This document shows, piece by piece, positions 54,590 to 62,585 of a DNA stretch of 64,000 nt (the stretch's first letter is position 1; the number at the start of each line of letters is the position of its first letter). The position numbers were made by a program, and so were the translations under genes. The notes beneath the pieces were generated by a model that was given only the letters and a program-made list of their open reading frames with translations, was not told where the DNA came from and ran no database searches. The stretch is taken from positions 1 to 64,000 of the IMG/VR virus record IMGVR_UViG_3300022744_000022; one strand, given 5' to 3'.

Positions 54590-57500
54590 ATGACTTCAAA
54601 CTTCGGGCCGGGCGTGTCGCGTGTTTTGGAAGCTGCGGGCACGCAGTACACAACGGCGATTTGGCAGCAGGGTAAGCCGCCGACGGATTCTGCGCTGAAT
54701 TTGATGCAGCAGTTGGCGACTGGCGCTGTGCAGTCCGCCGTGCTCCGGGGGATGCCGAGCGGGTTCTTGGGTAACGAGTCCAACCCACAGGCGTCTTTTT
54801 TAACTGATAGCCGCTGGTCGAATTTCTTCCAGTTCGGGCCTCAGCGTACCGGCGAGCAACAGGCCATCATGTGGGCCAACGTAGCAGGTTTCCTTATACC
54901 CGTGACGGGCACTCGAACCGGAACCCCGCCTGGAAGCCCCGACAACGTTCGGACCACGAACATCATCGCGCTGGATCCTCCGCCCGCGAACTCAGGTGAC
55001 TTCCGAATCGACTTTGCCTTCCTGGAAGTCTGGCAAGCTCGTGTTCAACCCAACCCCTCGACCACGAACAAGCCCGCAGCGAGTGCCATCTACAAATACG
55101 GCAACGTAGAAGGTGGCGCGAGCTTCTTGGCTGACGATTTGATCGATCCGAGTCTTGGATTCGAGACTGAGCAGCGCGTCCAGCTCCAGTACCGAATCCG
55201 TGTCGTGAAGGGCCTCGTGGGGCTCACCTCGAACCCCGATGGCTTCGACCCAGTGGTGGTCAAGGCGCAGGGTGCTGCCGCTGCTCCGACCGCCTACACG
55301 TTCACGAACATGCGTCAGGCTTTGGGCGACCCGGGCTTGTGGCGTGCCGGTGATGGGACTCAGAATGCCCTTGGGACCGTGGACGGCTACACGTACGCGA
55401 TTCCGATCTCGGCCATCTTCCGCCGCAACTCGGTGGTGTGGGGTGGTAACCCCAGTCAGAACCTCAACGGTGGTTTCAACCGTAACCCCACGGCAGTGGA
55501 TCGCCTTGGGATCAAGACGTTTTCTACGGTTCCTACGCTGGCCGCCGATCTCTCGGCTGCTGCCACGTCGGCAACCCTAGTATCGGCCACCAACTTGCCG
55601 ATGCCCTTGACTCCCGCGACTCCCGTCACGATTCAAATCGGTGACGAGATCATGACCTATAGTTCGATCACGGGCACTACCGTGAACGGCTTGGTCCGGG
55701 GTCAAAATGGCACGCTCGCAGAGGCGCACAAATCGGGCCTCACCATCAAGGTTTTGTCGGGTCGTCCTGATGGCCTGTACTCGGATCAGATTGCGAACTC
55801 CGACATCCTTGACCTGCGGCACCTAGTTAATCCGAACGGGATGGACTTCGACGCGCTGCTCAAGTCGAACCTAGACAAGCTTCTGCGTGGGCAACTTCGC
55901 GCCAACTGGAAGCGTTCCGGCGGCGGCCCCCAGGGCAGCTTCGTCCACTACCAGGATGCCATCCAGTCCGCTGCGGTTTCCTTGGGTGTCACGCAGCTCG
56001 ATGCTCCCGACAACATTCGCATGGTGTTCTCGGATGCCGCTACGATTCAGCCCGTAGAGTTGGTGGCTCAACCCTTCGGCAGCCCCTACGCCGGTCCTGG
56101 TCAAGCCATCAACGCCACTTGGTCCTTGAGTCTTACGGTCAACACAACTCTTCAAACCGTGGGACAACAGTTCACGGCTGGGGACACGATCGTAATCCCT
56201 GTGAACCAGCTCAAGAACGGGCTGCAAGCCGGTGCCACGGATCAGGTTCGTTGGCTCAACGACGGTGTGGTGGGTGCCATCCAGTTGCGCCTGGAAGGCG
56301 AGACGGGCGATCTTCCTTCAAGCATGTACACGGTAACTCCAGCGGTCCCGGGGCCCAATGAGGATCTCACGATTACGTTGGGTGGCACCTTCCCAGCGCA
56401 GCTTTCAACAACAGCCTCTCCGCGTTTGCTGCACATCCGAGCCCACATCGTCTACGGTGCAGGTCGGGGCCTTTCGCGTCGGCCGGACTCGCTGCATTCG
56501 ATCAGTTACCTGAATCCTTCGGCGGATCTGTTGGTTCAGCAGGCTGGTGTCCCCTTGAGCAATAAGGGTTCGAGAGTCTCGTGGGCTCCTTTGTGGAGCA
56601 AGTACCGCAGCAGCGTCTTCAACAACGCTCTGCCGTCTACCGCTGAGATGTACGCGGATCTCGGAAGCAAGACCGTGATCGCCACGCCTTTCCGGCGGGT
56701 CAACTTCACGCAGGGCTTGCTCACGATCGACGGTGACGCAGCTAACCCTCACCCCGACGCGATCGTTGGTGCCCCGACTTCGGGTACAATCGCTGCCGTA
56801 AATTCCCCGACGATCAACGTAGCTTCCACGCTCAACACTGCCGTTGGAAACGCCCTGGTGATCGCCAGCGGTCCGGGAACTGGGCGCTACACCATCACAG
56901 GTCTTGTCGCTAACACCTCCATCACGGTGGATCGCCCGATTCGGGCTAACGCTGTGGCGGTCACCTTCACCATCCATACGGCACAAGGCTGCATGCCCGC
57001 GTTCACCAAGACGGGTGCCGCTAAGTGGGGCACTACAGATCCGTTAGGCATGTTCTGCGGTCAAGGTGCCGGTGGCCCCGCGTACAACAGCATCTACGTA
57101 ACTCTGCCGAGACACTTGGTGCCTGGTTGGGGCGAGCTTCACGTCCCTCTGCTCCACACGGATACGGCAGCTTTCGCCCAAGGCCTCAACTACATTACGA
57201 ACAGTGGGACAGGTTCAAGCTTTTCAGACTCAGACAAGAATTTCGTAAACTACAACCCAAATACGGGTTACACGTATGCAGGGTTCTCAACTCTGAATCT
57301 GAACACCTCCCTTCCCTCCGTTTACAACAACGCCTTCAACTATGTGGGCAACAATTACGCGGGGATGCGCTTCTTCACGGATACCCGGGGACTTGGCCGT
57401 CAAGGTCTGGAGTTGCCTCCTTTCTATGGTGTTGCTCGTTTGTTCGCTGTCTATGAAGTGGCGGACTACCTTGGGGCAGGCGGGTCTGGGTTTGATCCCA

Positions 57501-58936
57501 CAACCCGCATCCCGACTGGCGGTGGGGCAACGAATCTGCTTCGTCAAGCGATGCCTCAAGGATCGGGACCATCCTTCTGGGTTGAGATCGACTCCGACGG
57601 GGACTCCACGTTCATCCTGAACGCCAACGCGATCGACATCACCAAGTCTCCGAACCCGATCGCAAACTTCGGGGCGGGTAACTACGTGATCGAGGCTTCT
57701 GTGTTCGGGTTTGATCGCGGCACTTTCGACCTTGGGTCGGAAGCCCGTCTGGTTTTGACTAACCCTTTTGGTATCGGTGGTAACCCCGGGACTGGGGATA
57801 GTTGGACCAACGTAGGCACGGGGTCTGTGAGCCTAGTGACCCGTTCCAACAACATCAACAAGCTGGTCGCAGGGCCTTCAGCGATCATCCCTGGCCCGGC
57901 CGAACCGTCGGATCAGATCCTCGTCAACTACTCCCGCACTGTCTACCAGGGCGATGCGTGGGGCAGTCAGACCAACTACGCAGACATCCCGTACGCCCCG
58001 GGTCCCCTGACCTCGGGAACCGCGTACCAGATCGATTCCACGGATCTGGATCCCAACGCTTTGACCCGTCCCAACCAGAAGGTTTTGGAGGTGCTCGCCA
58101 GCACGAGCTTCTCCACGGACCTCGGAACGGGCCGTTACTCGGCTGACGCCACTACCACGACCCTGGACTTCAAGGACGTGGGGTACGAGGATCCGACGGT
58201 CTATCCGCCGACCTCGGGTATTGCCGATCGTCCCAAGGTGTTGCCCAACAACTACTCGGCTCAGGATGTGACGAACATCGGAACCGAGTACCTGGGCTGC
58301 ACGGAGCGCTTGCCGTTGGGTGCCTTGTTCCGCGACAAGGACTTCCGAGGGCAGGTCTTCACGTACCTCCCGTCCCCGTTGGTCTACTCGGATCAGGTTG
58401 GTGCAGGTCCCTCTACAAGCCTTGCTCCGAGTCACTCGGGTGATCAGGACGAAGTGTTGCTCACCACCGCATCTTCGGGCGTGGGCTCGCCGGGCGACCT
58501 TCTGGTTCATGTAGATGGTGAGCAGGGCAACTACAACTTGCTCACCAACTTCCGTGTGACTCGTGGCGGCTCTGTGTTCACGGCCTCCGGGGCGAACCCC
58601 GGTGGAACCGTGGCGTTGCAGAACCAGGCGTCGTTGGCTCAAACCAACCACGTCAACGTGCTGCAAGGCCGGGCCATGCTGGTCCGTAACACGGTCACGA
58701 ACGTGGGGGCTACGGAAGTCTCAGCGGGTGATGAGCTGATGCTGCTCATCCTGACGACGGTCCAGCGTCCTGCGGTTGGTACGGTGGACCCCTCAGTGGT
58801 TCTCATCGGCACCAACGGTACCGGCGAAGGCTACTCGGCCGCCGACCTCTACCGTATCGAGGGTCACCCCTTGGTCCGTAACAACGTTCGAGTAAACCTG
58901 GATCCGGCGACCATCCCGCTGGCCAAGAGGGGTTGA
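54590..58936 (+). CDS. tail fibre anchor protein B (about 1448 aa)
   Basis: ATG 54590 (MTSNFGPGVS) with GAGG SD. Strongly paralogous to 42261..44831 in its N-terminal ~450 aa. Confidence 0.8.
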   Translation: MTSNFGPGVSRVLEAAGTQYTTAIWQQGKPPTDSALNLMQQLATGAVQSAVLRGMPSGFLGNESNPQASFLTDSRWSNFFQFGPQRTGEQQAIMWANVAGFLIPVTGTRTGTPPGSPDNVRTTNIIALDPPPANSGDFRIDFAFLEVWQARVQPNPSTTNKPAASAIYKYGNVEGGASFLADDLIDPSLGFETEQRVQLQYRIRVVKGLVGLTSNPDGFDPVVVKAQGAAAAPTAYTFTNMRQALGDPGLWRAGDGTQNALGTVDGYTYAIPISAIFRRNSVVWGGNPSQNLNGGFNRNPTAVDRLGIKTFSTVPTLAADLSAAATSATLVSATNLPMPLTPATPVTIQIGDEIMTYSSITGTTVNGLVRGQNGTLAEAHKSGLTIKVLSGRPDGLYSDQIANSDILDLRHLVNPNGMDFDALLKSNLDKLLRGQLRANWKRSGGGPQGSFVHYQDAIQSAAVSLGVTQLDAPDNIRMVFSDAATIQPVELVAQPFGSPYAGPGQAINATWSLSLTVNTTLQTVGQQFTAGDTIVIPVNQLKNGLQAGATDQVRWLNDGVVGAIQLRLEGETGDLPSSMYTVTPAVPGPNEDLTITLGGTFPAQLSTTASPRLLHIRAHIVYGAGRGLSRRPDSLHSISYLNPSADLLVQQAGVPLSNKGSRVSWAPLWSKYRSSVFNNALPSTAEMYADLGSKTVIATPFRRVNFTQGLLTIDGDAANPHPDAIVGAPTSGTIAAVNSPTINVASTLNTAVGNALVIASGPGTGRYTITGLVANTSITVDRPIRANAVAVTFTIHTAQGCMPAFTKTGAAKWGTTDPLGMFCGQGAGGPAYNSIYVTLPRHLVPGWGELHVPLLHTDTAAFAQGLNYITNSGTGSSFSDSDKNFVNYNPNTGYTYAGFSTLNLNTSLPSVYNNAFNYVGNNYAGMRFFTDTRGLGRQGLELPPFYGVARLFAVYEVADYLGAGGSGFDPTTRIPTGGGATNLLRQAMPQGSGPSFWVEIDSDGDSTFILNANAIDITKSPNPIANFGAGNYVIEASVFGFDRGTFDLGSEARLVLTNPFGIGGNPGTGDSWTNVGTGSVSLVTRSNNINKLVAGPSAIIPGPAEPSDQILVNYSRTVYQGDAWGSQTNYADIPYAPGPLTSGTAYQIDSTDLDPNALTRPNQKVLEVLASTSFSTDLGTGRYSADATTTTLDFKDVGYEDPTVYPPTSGIADRPKVLPNNYSAQDVTNIGTEYLGCTERLPLGALFRDKDFRGQVFTYLPSPLVYSDQVGAGPSTSLAPSHSGDQDEVLLTTASSGVGSPGDLLVHVDGEQGNYNLLTNFRVTRGGSVFTASGANPGGTVALQNQASLAQTNHVNVLQGRAMLVRNTVTNVGATEVSAGDELMLLILTTVQRPAVGTVDPSVVLIGTNGTGEGYSAADLYRIEGHPLVRNNVRVNLDPATIPLAKRG

Positions 58937-58939
58937 TCC

Positions 58940-59185
58940 ATGCCGCTCATTCGTCGCAGCTACCTAGACCTCTCTCCTGAACAACGTCGTGAAGGTGCAA
59001 AGGTTGTGAGGGCTCGAATCACGGCTGCCTTGGGTAGCCCTGGTTTGGCACCTGATCAAATCCGTCAGCTCCAAGAGCAGATGCACAAGATCTCGATGTG
59101 GGAAGCCGGGACTGTAGGCCAAGCCTCACAGTCCGTAGATCAAGAATTGCTGACGAGTTTCGTGCGACGCTTTTCAGCGAACTAA
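58940..59185 (+). CDS. hypothetical protein (81 aa)
   Basis: GAGGGG SD, follows the previous stop by 3 nt. Confidence 0.6.
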   Translation: MPLIRRSYLDLSPEQRREGAKVVRARITAALGSPGLAPDQIRQLQEQMHKISMWEAGTVGQASQSVDQELLTSFVRRFSAN

Positions 59186-59838
59186 CTTTTCTTGGGCGTA
59201 GGGTCCGTGTTGGACGGGAGCTGCTTGGCGATCTTGTCGGCGATGAGCGTGAAGCGTTTGTGCCAAGCAATCAGCTCTTTGTTGGCAGGGGTCTCGCTGA
59301 CTTCATCAACGTTGAACAAGGCATCGATCTCCTGTTTGGTGCGCAGTGATGCCTCGACCTTTTTGTTCTGTTGGATAGCCAACGGAAGAAAATCGTCAGC
59401 GTCCACTGTGGCACGGACAGCAGCTTCCTCTTTGTAATACAAGAGGTCGCGGTCGTACTTCTCGCGCAGGCTTTTGCGTTGACGGGGGATGGCCTTGCGG
59501 GTCTCCAGCACCTTTTGCCCATCTGCACGCGGCACCGCCGTAAGGGCGTGCAAAATCATCGTGATGTAAGTGTACGGGACTACGACTTTCGGGTAGTGAA
59601 CGGCGAGTTCGTTGAGAACCCAACACACTCGTTCACCGTGACTCTTCAAAGGCGGCGGGACGAATTTCTTCTGGTCCTTGATATCCTTGAGCAGCCTCAT
59701 TTGGGCGGACTTATCCCCCATGAAAACCACAGGTTTCACCTTAGCTTTTGAGGGCTTCGATGCCCGAGGGCTCTCGGCTTTGATCGTCGTCTTAGGGGTT
59801 TCGCGCAAGCGTCGGATGAGTTGTTCTTGTTTCGTCAC
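59182..59838 (-). CDS. hypothetical basic protein (218 aa)
   Basis: GTGA overlap with the upstream J-domain gene stop, GGAGG upstream. K/R-rich N-terminus. Confidence 0.75.
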   Translation of the reverse strand: MTKQEQLIRRLRETPKTTIKAESPRASKPSKAKVKPVVFMGDKSAQMRLLKDIKDQKKFVPPPLKSHGERVCWVLNELAVHYPKVVVPYTYITMILHALTAVPRADGQKVLETRKAIPRQRKSLREKYDRDLLYYKEEAAVRATVDADDFLPLAIQQNKKVEASLRTKQEIDALFNVDEVSETPANKELIAWHKRFTLIADKIAKQLPSNTDPTPKKS

Positions 59839-60932
59839 GGTAAGGTTCCTCCATGTCTTTCGTGCAGAGCTTTGATGAGAACGAAGGCATCGGAGACGGC
59901 GATATACTTCTCGCTATCACCTCCGCGATCGGGGTGGTGCATGGCCGCGAGGCGCTTCCAGCGGGCCTTGACTAACGGGAGATCAATTATTTCGTCCGAT
60001 TTAGGTGTGATCAGATCGAGGGCTCGGAAAGCGGCACTGACCTCCCGTCGTTCGACAACTGAAATTCCGATTTGGTAACGCTGTACGGCACGTCGAAATG
60101 TGGCGACGAGATTCTTGAACTGCTGTTGGTAGTCTTGACGTAGAGTGATGGCATCAATCTCAGATACGCCTTGGATCTCAGCGTCCATCCATTTGAAGAA
60201 GTTCAGGCGGATCTCAGCTAGCACAGCGTCTTCACCCGGCACGGGTGATGTCTTTGGGGCTCGCTTTCGCGTCGTGTGGGCAGCCTGCGGCTCGGGGCCC
60301 CTGGTTGCGCTACGCACACCTACTTCGCGAGGCTCGGGCTTCTCAGGGTTAGCAGCTTGCGACTTCATACCGATAGCAGCGTTCTCCAGTTCCAGCTTGA
60401 ACTCATCGGACCAACCCCCGGTGCCGTGTCCTTTCTGATGGCGATCAAGGGTGCGCTCCAACACGTACTGAAGGCTAGAGTCCCAACTCATACCCGAGAG
60501 GGTATGGAATCTTTTGGCGTGTTCCAGAATGGCGCATGCCGTTGAAAGACCGTGGGCGGATTTGGTGGGCAAGATCTTCTCATCCAACGCTTGCCACACA
60601 ACGCTGATGTCACGCTCGCCCTTGAGGCGTCCCCGACCTGATCCGCAGTTACCGATAGTGAGCAGGTAATTGTAATCGTGCGAGGTGAGGGACGGGTCAT
60701 AATACCCGCAGATGACATGCGGGAATTTAGTCAGTGACGCCCCCGCCGCCAATGTGCTGGCAAAGTCCTTCCAGCGGTTCAAAAACTTAACTGCCAGATG
60801 ATAGCGGGTTTCGTAGTTGGCTTGAGGTGCTCTCTCTTGGAACTCCTGCACATAAGCCTGCACCTCAGGGGGTAAGAATTTCGGGATAGCGCTAAGGGTT
60901 GATGTTTTGGTGATCTTGCCAGGAGGTATCAT
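59835..60932 (-). CDS. protein with C-terminal J-domain (DnaJ-like)
   Basis: VKARWKRLAAMHHPDRGGDSEKYIAVSDAF (HPD motif). ATG 60932 with GGAGG SD overlaps the upstream stop. Confidence 0.85.
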   Translation of the reverse strand: MIPPGKITKTSTLSAIPKFLPPEVQAYVQEFQERAPQANYETRYHLAVKFLNRWKDFASTLAAGASLTKFPHVICGYYDPSLTSHDYNYLLTIGNCGSGRGRLKGERDISVVWQALDEKILPTKSAHGLSTACAILEHAKRFHTLSGMSWDSSLQYVLERTLDRHQKGHGTGGWSDEFKLELENAAIGMKSQAANPEKPEPREVGVRSATRGPEPQAAHTTRKRAPKTSPVPGEDAVLAEIRLNFFKWMDAEIQGVSEIDAITLRQDYQQQFKNLVATFRRAVQRYQIGISVVERREVSAAFRALDLITPKSDEIIDLPLVKARWKRLAAMHHPDRGGDSEKYIAVSDAFVLIKALHERHGGTLP

Positions 60933-61870
60933 GCGCCCTCCTCGAACCAAGCGAACCACCCGAGTTTAAGCAAACGAGACGCTTCCTCCTGCACAACTTC
61001 CCAAGTTCCGTTGTTGCGGGTTTTTAGAATTAACCCCCGTCGAGCCAGAGAGGCGAGAGAGCTAGAGAGGCTGATACCTGGTTTTTGAAGGGCTGCTGCC
61101 AGTTCACTAGTAGTAAACGTGCTAGACTTCACGTTGAGGATGTACAGCACAATTCGCGGGTCTTGTTTGGTGCGCGGGATGGGGTCCGGTGTTCCCGTCT
61201 TAGTTGTCCTAACCCAACGGTTGTCGATGCGGGTCACCCAACCCCAACGGTGGAGATTGGTCAGAGAGCTGCTGATTTTACCTACACCCACTCCCAGGTG
61301 CCCCGCCAGAGACTGACGGTCGATGCCTTCCGGGAAGGTGTCGAGCGCACTAAGGATGCGATCGGTAAAAGGGGATTCGCGGGTCTCCGACCGTATGCCG
61401 ATTGTGTCGGCAGAAATGGGCTTTGGGGCCTCCAGCAGACCCATCTCTGCCAGTAGACGCCCGGCTGGGCTTTCCAGCAGCCCCAGCTCTTCCAGCAGCT
61501 TCTCGGCAACTTGCATCGGGCAGGAAGGGTCGTTCGGTGGTGGGACCGCAGGGTCGTTCGGTGGTGGGACCGCAGCGTCGTTCGGTGGTGGGACCGCAGC
61601 GTCGTTCAAGATCTCAAGAGCGAGGGCCAAGCCGTCCGCTTCTCGCAGAGCTTCGGAGATGTCCAGTAAAAGATCTGAGGGGGCCGAGGGGAGGAAGCGG
61701 CGCAGCTTCAGCTCTGCTTCGACAGCCATTTCACAAGCGGTGTAATAGTTGCTGCCTGCTGCCAGCAGCTCTTTTGCGAGTGCAAGGAGGGCAGGGTTAG
61801 GCGTGGCTCCAAGGGACATGCAAGTACAGAGGTACACCAGGTAACGTCGTCGCGACAAGTCCAATGGCAC
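60929..61870 (-). CDS. protein with two C-terminal winged-helix-like domains and a PPPND repeat linker (start 61870 or 61819)
   Basis: IDRQSLAGHLGVGVGKISSSLTNLHRWGWV and FTTSELAAALQKPGISLSSSLASLARRGLI wHTH patterns. Confidence 0.7.
   Translation of the reverse strand: MPLDLSRRRYLVYLCTCMSLGATPNPALLALAKELLAAGSNYYTACEMAVEAELKLRRFLPSAPSDLLLDISEALREADGLALALEILNDAAVPPPNDAAVPPPNDPAVPPPNDPSCPMQVAEKLLEELGLLESPAGRLLAEMGLLEAPKPISADTIGIRSETRESPFTDRILSALDTFPEGIDRQSLAGHLGVGVGKISSSLTNLHRWGWVTRIDNRWVRTTKTGTPDPIPRTKQDPRIVLYILNVKSSTFTTSELAAALQKPGISLSSSLASLARRGLILKTRNNGTWEVVQEEASRLLKLGWFAWFEEGA
61527..61607. repeat. 24-bp tandem repeat, about 3.4 copies (encodes [A/P]AVPPPND on the minus strand)
   Basis: G[G/C]GTCGTTCGGTGGTGGGACCGCA repeated head-to-tail with no spacers. 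Confidence 0.95.
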
Positions 61871-61888
61871 TCAGGAGTCTGTTTTTAC

Positions 61889-61921
61889 GCGGAAAGTTTC
61901 CGCAGTTTCCGCAGTTTGCGT
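61889..61921. promoter_or_regulatory. candidate operator: palindrome GCGGAAA-G-TTTCCGC plus 9-bp direct repeats AGTTTCCGC
   Basis: Read directly. Lies between divergently oriented genes. Confidence 0.45.
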
Positions 61922-62000
61922 GGTCTAGGCACTTATCAAGTCTGTGCCAGGCGTCTCTCAGAGTTTTTGGAGGGGGTTTCGGCGGGTGTAGCTCAGGGGC

Positions 62001-62543
62001 ATGTGCCCGGGATCGTACCGTGTAGTGGTGAGTCGAGATCTCTTACGACAGACGGATGAACCGTGGTCTGGTTTGGAGCTTCGCGACACGCTGCTGATCT
62101 TGACTTCGAGCAGAGTGCTGTATGGCTTTTTGTTTCGGGTGCCTCTCCGCGAGGACACTGTTGCCGATCAAATCGCAAAGACGGGCAGCGGTGCTTTGGC
62201 GATCGATGCTTGTCGCGTGCTGGGGTCGGGACGCTGGCCGCCAAACCTTTTGCTGGTGCATCACACAACTTGTGGGTCTCAACCTGAGCAATGCCACCCG
62301 ACTTGTCCGGTTCGTAAGCTTGACGCTCAAAGCGGCGTCATAACGAGCGGAAAGGTCGCACCCCACCATCGCCGTAATAACACTATGAACCCAGCAGACG
62401 GCGGGTATCACGGCCACTTTGGGGACTCGCAACTCATCGGGTATGGTGACTCCGGGGGTGCGTCACGGTTTTACCCTCAGTTTAGATCTTTGGTTGAGTG
62501 TGTGACCTGGTTGCAAACTTTGGTGGCTACGCCGCGCGTCTAG
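62001..62543 (+). pseudogene. DNA methyltransferase-like remnant lacking catalytic and SAM-binding motifs
   Basis: LELRD..., PLREDTVADQIAKTGSGALAIDACRV, GRWPPNLLL, CPV..LDAQSG and GDSGGASRFY match the middle of phage N4/N6 MTases. No DPPY or FxGxG. Confidence 0.55.
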
Positions 62544-62546
62544 GCT

Positions 62547-62582
62547 TCACTTTCTCCTAATCAAATGTGGTTAGGGAGGTGT
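62547..62582 (+). promoter_or_regulatory. late-promoter-like motif TTCTCCTAAT forming the 5' arm of a hairpin that occludes the SD of the holin-like gene
   Basis: CTCC-TAATC pairs with GGTTA-G-GGAG, and CAC with GTG. Confidence 0.5.
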
Positions 62583-62585
62583 CGC

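Noticed and set aside
5947-58666. Many long antisense or alternative-frame ORFs (e.g. 6316..7131, 20058..20825, 29979..30701, 43782..44627, 51730..52590, 57878..58666)
   Set aside because: They are shadows of GC-rich genes with strong codon bias: they fully overlap well-supported genes and show no SD or recognisable motifs.
2546-58936. Interpretation as a bacterial eCIS, tailocin or T6SS locus
   Set aside because: A helicase, two homing endonucleases, an MTase remnant, a long tape measure and a holin-like gene, together with the lack of host genes or a CIS AAA+ ATPase, fit a phage genome better.
44831-58936. Diversity-generating retroelement acting on the fibre genes
   Set aside because: No reverse transcriptase and no TR/VR near-duplicate differing only at adenines was seen in the window.
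61527-61607. 24-bp repeats as a CRISPR array
   Set aside because: The repeats are contiguous with no spacers, in-frame within a CDS, and there are no cas genes.
61982-62050. GCGGGTGTAGCTCAG resembles a tRNA 5' end
   Set aside because: The D-stem is imperfect, and there is no anticodon stem, no TTCGA T-loop and no complementary acceptor 3' strand. At most a remnant.
17203-62565. Possible TAG recoding (genetic code 15), since TAG at 17203 and 62541 are both followed by in-frame ORFs
   Set aside because: Multi-kilobase genes translate uninterrupted under the standard code with no internal TAGs, so genome-wide reassignment is unsupported. Only local readthrough remains possible.
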